64,000 nt of DNA from Felis catus (GCF_018350175.1 NC_058368.1:103356001-103420000), one strand, 5' to 3'. Positions 13,491 through 25,076 are shown, counted from the stretch's first letter. Made by a program: numbers and translations. Notes: generated by a model from the sequence alone, not told the origin.

Positions 13491-13990
13491 CCAACAGATC
13501 CAGGAAACACAATAAAGAAGTACAAGATACATAAAGAAAACAGAAAACTACACTGGGGCAGAGCATCATTAATGTGCTTAAAACATACTAGTATGAAGGG
13601 AAAATCTTTAAAAGCCGCCTAAGAACCCATCACTTACATAGAAACAAAGATAAGAGTAACAGCCAGCTTCCATCAGAAACAACACAAGTCAGAAGATCAT
13701 AGAGCAACATCCATAAGAGCAATGAAAGAAAAATTGGCAACATAAGCTTCTATATCCAGTGATAATATCTCTCAAAAACAAAAGTGAAATAAGAATTTTT
13801 GAGGACATAAAAAAAAAACCTGATAAAACTGATCACACACAGACTTGTCTTACAATAAATATTGAAGAAAGTCTATCAGGCAGAAGGAACAATAACATCA
13901 AGTTGGAAACGTGGATTGATAGGGAGAGCACCAGACATGGTAAGTAAGTGGTTGTAAAAAAATATTTTTCTTAGTTTTAAAATATCCTTT

Positions 13991-14224
13991 ATTTATTTAT
14001 TTTTAAAGTTTATTGGGGGGAGTGCACAGTGTGGGCATACACACACACACATTTGCACACATGTCGAGGTGGGGCAAAGAGAGAGAGAAAGAGAGAGAAT
14101 CCCAAGCAGGCGCCATGCCTAGTGAGGAGCCATTCTCGGGGCTCAATTTCACAAACCATGAGATCATGAACTGAGCTGAAATCAAGAGTTGGACATTTAA
14201 CCAACTGAGCCACTCAGGCATCCC
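13991..14224 (-). mobile_element. CAN-SINE (older)
   Basis: T-rich tail on the left, ends CTGAGCCACTCAGGCATCCC; TSD TAAAATATC(C/T)TTT. Confidence 0.92.
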
Positions 14225-14254
14225 TAAAATATCTTTTAAAAATAAAATATCTTT

Positions 14255-14470
14255 GGGGTGCCTGGGTGGCTCAGTCGGTTGAGCATCCGACTTCAGCTCA
14301 GGTCATGATCTCATGGTTCATGAGTTAGAGCCCGGTGTGGGCTCTGTGCTGACAGCTCGGAGCCTGGAGCCTGCTTCAAATTCTGTGTCTCCCTCTCTCT
14401 CTGCCCCTCGCCCGCTTGTGCTGTCTCTCTCTGCCTCTCAAAAATAAATAAATGTAAAAAAAATTAAAAA
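14255..14470 (+). mobile_element. Feliform CAN-SINE (SINEC_Fc2-like)
   Basis: GGGGTGCCTGGGTGGCTCAGTCGGTT...GGCTCTGTGCTGACAGCTCGGAGCCTGGAGCCTG; TSD AAAAATAAAATATCTTT. Confidence 0.95.
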
Positions 14471-16598
14471 AAAATAAAATATCTTTTAAAAATTTCAAGT
14501 AAAAATTATAAAAATGTATGGTGGGGTTTAAAGCATATGTAGAAAGAAAATGAATAACAAAAGCAGAAAGTCTCAGAGAGTAGAAAGACAATATACTGTT
14601 TTAATACTCTTACAGGGCAATTGAAGGGGGGTAATATTACTTGTAGACATGTGATAAATGTGTACACTAGAACATTTAAAGCAAACATAGACATATATGC
14701 ACACACAAGAGTTAGAGTTAATAAGTCAATAAGGAAAGAAAATGGAATCAGAAGAAAAATGCAGCCCAAAAGCAGGTGTGAAAAGCAAAAAGAGAACAAA
14801 GAAGGCCTAGGACAAACAGAACACATATAGCAACATTACAGGTTGAAAACCAACCATTTCGATGACCATATTAAATGTAAATAGTCTGAGTTCACCAGTG
14901 AAAAGGTAAAAACTGACAGATCAGATAAAAGCAAGATCCAACTAAATATCCCATAGATATTAAAATAATAAAGAAACATGCTAACGGTCTTTATGCCACT
15001 AAATTTGACAATTTACATAAATTGGGTATACTTTTCAAAAAAACAAGCTACTAAAACTCACTCAAGAAAAAATAGATAAACCTGAAAATCCCATATTTAT
15101 TAAGGAAATTAAATTTGGAGCTGAAAATATTTCCCCAAAGACACCAGGTGAGTTAGGTGATGAGTTCTAAAAACACTTAAAGAAGGACTATGGACTCTTC
15201 ACCAATCCTTCAAGACAATAAAAGAAAATGCTTCTCAGCTCACTCGATGAAGCCAGCATTATTCTGATACCCAGATCAGAAAGAAAAAAATGTAAGAAAA
15301 CTTTGGATCAACACTCTCATGAACACAGAGAGGAGAAATCAAAACACACTTTTAGCACATATATTTCAACAATATATAAATAAGGGAATATATCACGACT
15401 GTGATTTTTATCACAGCATGCAATGTTGGTTTAACATTGGCAAATTAGTCAAGGTAACGCGCCATATTAACAGACTAAAAACAAACCCCACAACTAACTT
15501 CACACTTAATGTTAAATCAGAAACACGGCAAGGATTATCGGTCTCATTATTTCTATTCAACATCGAACGGGAAGATTCTTAATCCGTGCATTAGGGCAAG
15601 AACAAGGGAAAATATAAGGCACATCCATTGGAAATATAGATGTATGCACACACATGGATACACACACACACATAAAACACATTTCACAAGTCAATAACAG
15701 GAACCGATATTTAATGATTACATTTACCTGATTGTTCAAAATAGGTAAAACGATAGACACTAATGATAGACGAGTGGCTGCCAGAGACTGGGAGAGGAAG
15801 GAATGTGCAGGAAGGAAAGGAGAGTGACAGTTAACAAGCACAGAAGTTCTTTGGAGGTGACGAAATATTCTAAAGTGACATCGTCACAGGGGTAGCACAA
15901 CTTTCAAGTATACTGAAAGCACTGAAATGTACACTGAATTTTATGCTGTGTAAATTGTATCTTAAGCTGGTATAAAATAGACGTTATACAAACTCACGAT
16001 TAAATAAATTATATTAACAGCAAAGATAAAAATAGTCAAAACGCATCACTTCCTTGTTATTTTGCCCGTTTTTTTTTGAAATATTATTTATGATCTTGAG
16101 GCGATTCATACCTATTTTATCTGTAGGATAGGTAAGCAGTATAACAGTATTCTACTGCACACATCTTCTAAGCTCTGAATTCAGTCACCATGTTGGCAGA
16201 TTGAAATTGGACACTGTCAAAAACCGACACCACAAAAATGGGCAACCGCTACAAATTTGAGCCTGCATCCTCCAGACAGCCGGTTGTTAATCATTCACAA
16301 GTACCTCACTGCCTGTTTTACTCATCCTCTCCAGACCAGTGTCACGTGGACCAGAGAAGGTAGCCAGGAGTGACAAAATCCTGAGGAGAAATGCATGAGA
16401 CAATACATTTGTTTGCCCTTGTAATGAGAAAATGATGTTCCTGGAAGGAAAGGAAGGAAGCTTGATAAATACCTGACTTGCACACGATTTGGGAAACATC
16501 TTGTCTCAGGCTGGAAGCTATAGTCCAAGCGTACATTGTTGGTAGATCATGTGGTGTTTATTTCTCTTAAGTGGTTTGCTCGTAAAAAATACCAGGCA

Positions 16599-16815
16599 GG
16601 GGCGCCTGGGTGGCGCAGTCGGTTAAGCGTCCGACTTCAGCCAGGTCACGATCTCGCGCTCCGTGAGTTCGAGCCCCGCGTCAGGCTCTGGGCTGATGGC
16701 TCGGAGCCTGGAGCCTTCTTCAGATTCTTTGTCTCCCTCTCTCTCTGCCCCTCCCCCCTTCATGCTCTGTCTCTCTCTGTCCCAAAAATAAATAAAAACG
16801 TTGAAATAAATTAAA
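16599..16815 (+). mobile_element. Young feline CAN-SINE (SINEC_Fc-like)
   Basis: CpG-rich full-length copy; perfect 15-bp TSD AAAAAATACCAGGCA (16584-16598, 16816-16830). Confidence 0.98.
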
Positions 16816-17189
16816 AAAAAATACCAGGCAAATAAGAACTACAACTTTTCTACTTATATAGATACGCACCTATGTACCTCACTACTTCCTCCTCTGTAGC
16901 AAACACAGTAGGTAATTAGGGCTACCATTACCTTTTTTTCTTTACCTCAATGTTGCATTGGGTAAATGGTTGTATTTGTTAAGTTTGAGCCTTTAATATA
17001 AATAACAACACTTACGAAAAGGTTTTCTGAGTCTGTAGGAAAAAAAAAATTAAGGTACTGACTTCTATTACTGGAAGAGTTTATTATAATAATCATAATA
17101 TCTCTTTGCGTATACTGGAAAGGATGAGGAAATTTAAAAATGAGTATAAAACATCTGGCTCCATCGGTTACTAACAGTGAAAACACTTA

Positions 17190-17360
17190 GTGTGCTAGCT
17201 ATTTATGCCTTCTGATTCTCATCTTCCCCATCTGTAAACTGGGGTGAATAATGGTTCCTGCCTTTTAGAACTGGAGATTAAATGAGATGATCTCTTGTAA
17301 AAAAAAAAAAATTGCAGTATACTTCCTGGCACTTAATAAGCACTTAATAAATGTTTGCTC
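17190..17360 (+). mobile_element. MIR
   Basis: Core CCCCATCTGTAAACTGGGG...GATTAAATGAGATGAT...CCTGGCAC...AATAAATG. Confidence 0.75.
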
Positions 17361-18043
17361 TTTATATATTTTGCTGTCAAGATTTAAATAGGTAATCATA
17401 ATATTTACTGCGGAAATTCTTGGTGGATTTCATTCCAGGAGTGCATATCATATTTATTTCCTAAGATTCATTATATTAGTGTTCCCCGTGCAATTTCTTT
17501 GCACGTCTTACGCATGTGTAGGCAGTATATTCAGACACAAGACCCTTGCATAACCAGGGGATTATTTGTACTTTAAGGCTTACTGAAAGAGACGGCTGTC
17601 CTATGAGGTGTATTTCCTCAAACACTGGAAAATGGCAAAGGAAGCAGCTCTTCCTCTAGCAGGGTTGCCTTTTATCTTCAGCTGCTTACAAGCCCTCAGA
17701 ACTCTTCGGGGATAATTGCAATGTAATGCGTTACAGATGCTTGCTAGGTAATTTACTCAGCTGCCACCACCTGGGGAGATTAGACGGGATTTCCCCTCCT
17801 GACACTGGGCCCCGGGAATTTATAGTCTTTGCTCTTTCTCTTCTCTGGTGGTATCACTCTTCTCCCCCAGGCTTTACTAGGAAGTCAGCCATTTTAAAGT
17901 ATACAAGTAGTTTGCCTGCATGAGGAAATTCCAGCAAACAAACTCTATACAGGCTGGGTAAACTTTAAGGCATGGTCCCTATTTTCCCAGCCCGGCTAAA
18001 CCTGAAATATTATCAGGCTCTTCGGGACCCACCCAACTTTAAA

Positions 18044-18980
18044 GCAGTCCCGTTATCTTTTCGTGTGCCATAGATACTTTGGAAGTGTTAGGGGCTGAAT
18101 TATGTCCCTGCAAAGATGTATGGTGAAGTCCTAAGCTCCAGGATATCAGAATGTGACCTTTTTTGGAGATACCATCTTTACAGAGGTGATGAAGACGAGG
18201 TCATTACAGCGGGTTCTAATCCAAAATGACTAGAGTATAAAAAGGGGAAATTTGGAGACAGACATGCACACAGGAAAAACACCACATGAGGATGAAGACA
18301 GAGATTGGAGAGGTTCATCTAGAAGTCAAGGAAGGCTAAAGATTGCCAGGGAACCAGGAGAAGCTAAGAGACAGGCATGGAACAATCTCCCTTACAGTCT
18401 GCGATAGAAATCAGCCTTTCCAACACCTTGATATTGGACTTCTAGCCTCCAGAACGGAGATAATACATTTCTGCTGTTTAAGCCACCAAGTTTGTGATAC
18501 TTGGTTACAGCAGCCCTAGCAAACGACTTTGAAAGCCTATGAAAGGCTGTGGACCCCTTCTCGAAATACCTTTTTAAATGCATAAAATAATGTACATAGG
18601 ATAACAAAGGAAATCAAACATTACAATATTGGTTTTAACTTTTTTTCAAAAACAACTCTGGGATGTACGCATATATGTATTGATCTATTAATGTGTTAAA
18701 TACAAGATCTAGTGGTGGGTCAAAAAACAGTGCAATTCTGAAGCATGGTTAAGTGTAAATGGTATATTAAGGTCTGCAACAAACCTTACATGAAAATACC
18801 TGTGATTTCTATTGGTTATAGGGTGCTATTATTACTGTTGTTTACTGTCCATAGTCGTAATTGAAAGAAACGGTAAATTCCAATTAGAGATTAGTGAAAG
18901 TTAGGTCAAGTCCACTGACCACCTGAATTCCTTCCACAGACATCTCCAGGGTCATGGAATCCAGGGGAACAACTTCACTT
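18044..18980 (+). mobile_element. hAT-Charlie non-autonomous DNA transposon (Charlie4a-like), split by an MLT1 LTR
   Basis: TGTGCCATAGA...TTTGGAAG before the LTR; GTGGACCCCTTCTC...TTTTTAAATGCATAAAATAA...ACATAGGAT..CAAAGGAAA after it. Confidence 0.6.
18086..18527 (+). mobile_element. MaLR solo LTR (MLT1B/MLT1C-like)
   Basis: TGTTAGGGGCTGAATTATGTCCC start, CAGAATGTGACCTT, GGACTTCTAGCCTCCAGAAC, end GTTACAGCAGCCCTAGCAAA. Confidence 0.9.
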
Positions 18981-19214
18981 TTAGAGGCTTGGTCTCACTG
19001 AATCTTTCCTTATTTATAACATCTAGTCACTTTGTTCATTCTTACTTGTTCATTCATCTCTAGTTCCAGGCTATATCTTTCCTGGGTACTTCAGTGATAA
19101 GATTCTATTCTCTCTGAGGCCCTCTTTACTCCTCAATACCGCACAAAGCTTATTCTCTTGGACCTGACATTGATCTTAAAGTTGTTAGCAAAGACTAAGG
19201 GTTGCTGGAGCCAT

Positions 19215-19377
19215 GTCGGGTGGGGTGATGGGCTAAACAGGTGATGGGCATTGAGGAGGGCACTTGTTGAGAGGAGCACTGGGTGTTGTATTTAAGTGAT
19301 GAATCACTAAATTCTACTCCTGAAACCATTATTACACTCTATGTTAACTTTGATTTATATTTAAAAAAATAAAAAAT
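19215..19377 (+). mobile_element. Carnivore L1 3'-terminal fragment
   Basis: GGTGATGGGCATTGAGGAGGGCACTTG...GAGCACTGGGTGTTGTAT...GATGAATCACTAAATTCTACTCCTGAAACC + A-tail. Confidence 0.9.
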
Positions 19378-19384
19378 ATTTTAC

Positions 19385-19462
19385 AACGGACAATTCACAT
19401 TACAGCCCCACTCAGGGCAATCTCTGAAACAAGAAGAATGGAAATCTTCCCAGTGGACAGAG
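19385..19462 (+). mobile_element. ERVL pol remnant (RNase H, first part)
   Basis: ACATTACAGCCCCACTCAGGG...GGAAATCTTCCCAGTGGACAGAG resembles ERVL RNase H coding sequence (..GKSSQWAEL..). Confidence 0.6.
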
Positions 19463-19499
19463 AATTACTATTATGATAAGTATCATTATTATGGTTGTA

Positions 19500-20840
19500 A
19501 TTTCCAGTTTGCCTGTGATGGCTAAATACCACCAGTTGGTCTATGCTATTCCAGAATCCTTTAGTATTTTATATGAATATTGGGGAGCCTCATTTCATAG
19601 CAACATCTCTTGCTATCATCTATGGCCTATAGAAGACATCTACCACTGAACTTCCCAACCATTCTGGTACCTATTTACTAGTGAATTCTTTAACACTTTA
19701 CAGGTAACAGTGTCCTTGCAGCCTGCCTGGGGATTATAGGCAGCTGTTAGGTCACTGGACTTATGTAGTAAATCCAGCCGTGTATGTCCTGCTGTCCAAG
19801 CATTTTAGGTTCCTCTTTATTACCATGTCAAGACATTCGAGCAGTCCTACCTCTTTTACTCTAGGCCATCAGTGTTTTAAACACCACAGGGTCTTCTAGC
19901 AGGATATTATCACTGGCTCCAATGATCCTTCCATAATGTTAAATCCAGACAATGTTGCCACATCAGCAAACTCTACAGTTTGGTCTCATATCCCACCTTC
20001 CCTGCCCCAGCACTCTCAAGATTCTCCCCTGGCATTTTTAGCTGCTTCTGCCATTATAAATTATATATCCAGTTCTCTCAGGCTGAATAATCCCTTCCTT
20101 TGAGTATTCAGGACAGTTCTCCCGTGCTTGAACACTTTTGAGGCATGATTATTCTTATTGCTTTAAAAGCAAAGAGGAGAGATGGGGACATCTCTTGAGA
20201 AGACAAGTGCCATATTACAAAGTATTTGATTCAGGTGAGAGCTTTGCAAAATCACTAGGCAGTGGGGGACAGGTGTCCTCTATCAAGAAAAGGCCACTTT
20301 TACCAGCACAGAGGGTTTAGGGGAATCAGAAGGTTTCATACTTTTTTAAATGCATCCTCTCTTCATGTCACCAACTCCAGTCTCAGAATCTCAACACCTT
20401 CCTATTTGGTCCCTATCTTTTTTTCACAAAAGCTGTAATATCAGCACCCTTTTTAAATCTAGAACTCTCACAATCAAATCTGAGTGCAGATTTTCAGCCT
20501 ACCCTTTGGCTATAGTCAATACAGGTCTTTTGAAATACTGCCATAGATCACTTTAAGTTTTCACGTTGTAATCGGAGCTGATAGTTGGCTGATCTGTATT
20601 CTTCCATTAGAGCATGTGTGTCCATTAACAAAAGCCATATTGTCAAGAATCAAGCTCTAGAGCTATTGCATACATCAGTGCACCCCCTTCACTTATACCC
20701 TATGTCATACCACTACAGAGATTTTCATGCTCCAGGACCACAGGCTCTCTCCTCCTACCACTTAATACTAGCAGTGTCCTGGCTTGCAATTGATTCAGTT
20801 GTAGAATCCTATTCTGTAAGACAGCTTTCTAGAATCAACT
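19500..20840 (-). mobile_element. Degraded ERVL-class internal (leader/gag-like) sequence, inverted relative to the flanking pol
   Basis: Directly adjoins the 3' end of an antisense ERVL LTR; resembles ERVL/MaLR internal sequence; no intact ORF. Confidence 0.5.
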
Positions 20841-20844
20841 TTCC

Positions 20845-21300
20845 AAAGTTGGGACCCATGTCACTGACCCTGAGCCAAGGAGTTTAAAGCAAGTTATTTA
20901 TCTGGGAGGTGATCTTATAATCCACCAGTAGGGAGATACAAAGTAAGACAAAGAAGCCAATCGGAGAGTGTTATTGAGCATGCTATCATCAGAGCCACTT
21001 GAGGCTCAGGTACACTCTAGTTTGTAGAATTCTCTATAGAACATGCCTCAAAGTTATCCCAGCGTAGGGGTGAGGAAGATGGGCTATTTCTGCATGAACA
21101 CATGCAGTCATTGGATGAGAGCTACTGTCAGGAGTGTTAATGGTAACCCCACAGCATTGTCTATCTACCTACATTTAGGCAAAGTCCCAGGTGTTTCCCA
21201 TGACACTTTATTACCCATACGGAAGCAGTAGGCAGAGGACACTGACAATGTATGCTCCAAGCAAGGGTATTGGCGAAGCAAGAATCATGAAGAGGTGAAA
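20845..21300 (-). mobile_element. ERVL LTR (LTR33-like)
   Basis: GACCCTGAGCCAAGGA...AAGCAAGTTATTTATCTGGGAGGTGATC...AAGCCAAT...CCTCAAAGTTATCCC matches my recollection of antisense LTR33. Confidence 0.65.
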
Positions 21301-21369
21301 GAGAAAAGTCCTTCAGAACAAGATAAATGTATCCTCTTTACATGGGACAGTCGTTTCTCACATGACTTA

Positions 21370-22045
21370 TCCCAGTAGACAGAGCTTTGAGCCACATACC
21401 TATTCAGTGACTTGATGTAGAGGGAGAACCGGTCTGAGGTGAAGATAGGCGTAGACGCAAAGACAGCGGCAAATCGCTCGGTCGGGGCCTGAAAGGAACA
21501 AGATTGTAAAGCTAAGGCAAGGAGTACGGGTAAGAAGAATATGAGTGCATCTACGGGAACAGAAGCTAAGTGCAGCCCTGTGTGTCCTGTCAAGTCTCTT
21601 CTCACCAGGGGACATCCACCCAAAGAAGGCTCTGTATAATGGAGGACTCCTCCAGTGGATGTCAGCCACCCCAGTGTTGGCACAAGAGTTCTTGAAGACA
21701 AAAATCATAACGGCAGAGGTGGAGGCTATACACATATCCAGGATAGTGGGCACCACTCATCAATGCTGATGTAGCTGCTGCCACTGTCGAACGTCTTGCA
21801 TATCAGCAGGAGACCAACACTGAACCTTTGATGTAGTTCCATCCCTTGAGGAGACTAACTAGCCTCTTGGTGGCAAATTGTTTAGAACAAACCTATTCCA
21901 CCTAGGAGACAACAAGGATTCATATATACCTCTGATACGAGTTTTCCTTCTCTGCCCACAGTAGCCCAGCCGACAGAACTGTCCAAGAGGTCACAGAGTG
22001 TCTTGATTTAACAACATAGGATCCCACCTAACGTCACTTTAGACA
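21370..22045 (+). mobile_element. ERVL pol remnant (RNase H second part and integrase), frameshifted
   Basis: TCCCAGTAGACAGAGCTTTGAGC; ...GCCACCCCAGTGTTGGCACAA (ATPVLAQ); GCTGCCACTGTCGAA; TGGTGGCAAATTG (WWQ); CACAGAGTGTCTTGATT...GGATCCCAC, colinear with ERVL integrase. Confidence 0.75.
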
Positions 22046-22426
22046 TCCTAGACTATAAACACAGGTGAGAAAGGGATCAGTACAGCCAAGGACAATACTC
22101 CGCTCCCCACGTCTTACAGAGTTTTACACAGTATTTAGATAGTTGATTGATACTTATTAAAAGGAAAAAAAAAGGACTTTGAAAAAAATCTCTCACCAAG
22201 GATACTTAAAAGCATATTTCATGTCCTCTGTATGAAGTAACTATACATTAACTCCAGTGACACACAAAATCTTTAGATAATATTTTCCAAGAATAAAAAG
22301 AAGGATTAACGAATTCACTTTAAATTCTCAGATACGTGAATTAGAGCAAATGAGTTTTAACACAAAGGGAGAAGAAAGGAATTTATTTTGAAAATTTATG
22401 CCTTAAAGCACATGATGAGGACTTTA

Positions 22427-22643
22427 TTTTATTTTTTTTTCAACGTTTATTTATTTTTGGGACAGAGAGAGACAGAGCATGAACAGGGGAGGGGCAGAGA
22501 GAGAGGGAGACACAGAATCGGAAACAGGCTCCAGGCTCTGAACCATCAGCCCAGAGCCTGACGCGGGGCTCGAACTCACGGACCGCGAGATCGTGACCTG
22601 GCTGAAGTCAGACGCTTAACCGACTGCGCCACCCAGGCGCCCC
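22427..22643 (-). mobile_element. Young feline CAN-SINE (SINEC_Fc-like)
   Basis: Full-length and CpG-rich; perfect 16-bp TSD CATGATGAGGACTTTA (22411-22426, 22646-22661). Confidence 0.98.
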
Positions 22644-22933
22644 GGCATGATGAGGACTTTAATATCACCTTCTTAATTTTGTATTACCTGGATAATTCAT
22701 AAAAGTGTGAGCCAATGCTAAGTTCAAGCAGAGTCAAGTTTAGGTACGGCAAACTGGATTATATTATAAAGTCTTACTAGTTTTCAAATTTTTTTAAGAA
22801 AGCAATCAAGAAGACTTTGTAACTCCTAAGAATTGTACCTATTGAAGCAAAGTAATGTATAACTTCAAACCATTTTGCTACACATAGAAATTTAAGGAGC
22901 TCATGAAACACTAGATATTATGAGCTACATTTT

Positions 22934-23145
22934 TTTTAATGTTTATTTCTTTATTCTGAGAGAGAGACAGCATGAGCGGGGAGGGGGAAGAGAGAGAGAG
23001 AAAGAGGAGAGAGAGACCGACCCCCAAGCAGGCTCCATGCTGTCAGTACAGAGCCCAATGTGAAGCTCTATCTCACAAATCGTGAGACCATCATATGAGC
23101 CAAAATTGAGTCGGACACTTAACCGAATGAGCCACCCAGGTGTTC
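22934..23145 (-). mobile_element. CAN-SINE (older)
   Basis: T-tail, (GA)n, ...GAGCCACCCAGGTG; TSD TGA(G/A)CTACATTTT. Confidence 0.92.
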
Positions 23146-23699
23146 TTGAACTACATTTTATCAGAAGAAAGTTCTGTTATGTCAGTTTATAAAGGCAGTG
23201 CTTGTTGATGACCCTCAAAGACATTTACAAGAATCTGATCATATAAACTTATTAGAGCAATATAATTTCCATTATTTTAAATTCTATAATAAAACTGATT
23301 AGCTTTAGTAGTATAGCTGTAACAAGCATTTTTCTCGTAGGTTGGCCAACCTTCAACTGCTGTGTTGCTGCAGGGACACAAATGAGCATGTCTGCATGTC
23401 ATGATCGCATGGCTAAAAATGGAAACACACATGGGCAAAGGGGCAATGCAGATGCTAACTTTCTAAATGATCCAAAAGTCATTCAGTAAATTGATTATTT
23501 GCAGTTTGGTATGGACACATCTTAAAGCATGGCTCTATAAACAGAAGTACATATGTAAGCAATAATATATAAACAATATACTAAAGATACTGCCAGTGAA
23601 AACAGTATAAATGCATACAGTTGGAACACTGCCAGGCAGTTAGTACTCTATGATTTCTAAATCTATATACTCCCTTCTGAGAGTCTTCCCTTATTTTTT

Positions 23700-24200
23700 T
23701 ATCCAGCCTGGATCCCATGTCAGTTTACCCTTTCTTACCTCTCTGTCTCTTGGCTGGACCCAACTAGCCAAATCTCAGCCCGGGTGAATCCTTCAACAAC
23801 ATTCTCTGCACTGACACCAGGATTGCTGGAAAAAATATCACATGATCTGATAGATTACCATGAGTACAATTTGATGGCCTTTGACATCCAATTGGGTCTC
23901 ACTGCTACCAGATTTCCTTCAGTTTCCACACTCAACTCTCTTTCTTTCCTCGTACTGGCGTTTTCAAACAGTCTCCATTCTCCTCAAATCCCTATGGCAT
24001 CTCCTCCATCTCTACTGTAAGCACAAAGCTCTGCCTCTACTTTAGAGAAATTAGAAAGTATAGCAGTAGGGTGAAGGGAGGGTAAGAGGTGGACAGGACG
24101 GTCCCTCAGTTTTCTTTGCCCAATTTATAAAATCAGGTCTTCATTTACAATCTCCTTTCATTCCCACCCACCCATTCCTTTGGAGGAAATCCTCCTGACT
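23700..24200 (+). mobile_element. Degraded L2 ORF2 fragment
   Basis: Pyrimidine-rich; TGCTGGAAAAAATATCACA, TGCCTCTACTTTAGAGAAA-like L2 motifs. Confidence 0.45.
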
Positions 24201-24466
24201 CATGTCCTAATGGTGAGAATAGAGATTAGACTTATTTATCAATGTGTTAACGAGAACTAACTTCTTGTTCTTTCACCCAGCTGTTATGCTTTTAGAAAGG
24301 TATTCGAAGAAAAAAAAGGATCATACTATAATACAATTATTATGTTTTTAGTAGCAAATATTAAAACCTTTCTGCATGTCCTTTAATACACAATTAGTTA
24401 AATATAAAGTAAAATATAGACTTAAATTAAATAGAGTTAAATAAAATACAAAGTAAGTTAAACATA

Positions 24467-24717
24467 GAGTAAAATATGCTCGCTTGTTTTGCAAGTATAA
24501 TTTGTTCCAGAAGCATGCTTGTAATCCAAAGCACTTGTATACCAAAGTGAACTTCAAGAACCATTGGCTCAGTAGTGATCATGTGACATTTGGCATCACA
24601 TACGACTCATATTGCAAGACACCGGTCATTTATCAAGTTAAAATTTATTAAAAATGTTTGCTTGTCTTGTGGAACACTCACAGAACAGGTTACTTGTAAC
24701 CCAAAGTTTTATTGTAT
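24467..24717. mobile_element. About 250-bp TcMar/Tigger-type MITE
   Basis: Imperfect terminal inverted repeats (AGTAAAA..CTTGTTTTGCAAGTATAATTTGTTC versus GAACAGGTTACTTGTAACCCAAAGTTTTATTG), ending at TA. Confidence 0.65.
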
Positions 24718-24718
24718 C

Positions 24719-25076
24719 TACTGTAGACTGAACGTTTGTGTCCACCCAAAATTTATTCATTGAGAAACCTCATCCCCATTGGGATGGTAATTGGAGGTGA
24801 GGCCTTTGGGAGATGATTATGTCAAGAGGGTAGAGTCCTCATGGATGGTGTTGGAACGTTTAGGACAAGAGGCCAGAGAGAGCTCCCTTGTTTCTATTGC
24901 TGTATAAGGAAACTGAGGAAACAACTGTCTATGAGCCAGGAAGCGGCCATTCACCAGATGGCCGGCAACTTGTCCTTGGACTTCCAGCCTCCAGAACTGC
25001 AAGAAATAAATTTCTATTCTTTAAGCCTGGGTAGTCTATGATATTTTTGTTATAGCAGCCCAAACGAACTAACGCA
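24719..25076 (+). mobile_element. MaLR solo LTR (MLT1A-like)
   Basis: GACTGAACGTTTGTGTCC, GGAGGTGAGGCCTTTGGGAG, GGACTTCCAGCCTCCAGAACT, GTTATAGCAGCCCAAACG. Confidence 0.9.

Larger units (their letters stand above)
11770..15980 (+). mobile_element. Old internally deleted L1 (L1MC/L1MD-like): 5' region, ORF1, ORF2 fragments, 3' end; several SINEs inserted
   Basis: A-rich ORF1 remnants (AACAGATTAGACACTGCA, TGGAGTCCTGAAA, CATCAGAAACAA), ORF2 remnants (AAATTTGACAATTTA, ATGAAGCCAGCATTATTCTGATACC, TGGTTTAACATT, TTCTATTCAACAT), 3' end GGAGGTGACGAAATATTCTAAA...TGAATTTTATG. Confidence 0.8.

Noticed and set aside
16305..16380. Possible 76-nt minus-strand exon
   Set aside because: The acceptor is reasonable but the donor GAG|GTACTT is weak, the length is not frame-preserving, and the peptide is unrecognised.
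16536..16814. 92-aa ORF (GAPGWRSRLSVRLQPGHDL...) and similar ORFs at 32690, 48641, 56511, 59448 and 61046
   Set aside because: These are translations of CAN-SINE sequence.
21285..21769. Overlapping 138-, 118- and 74-aa ORFs
   Set aside because: They are antisense or partial readings of a frameshifted ERVL pol remnant; no intact retroviral gene is present.
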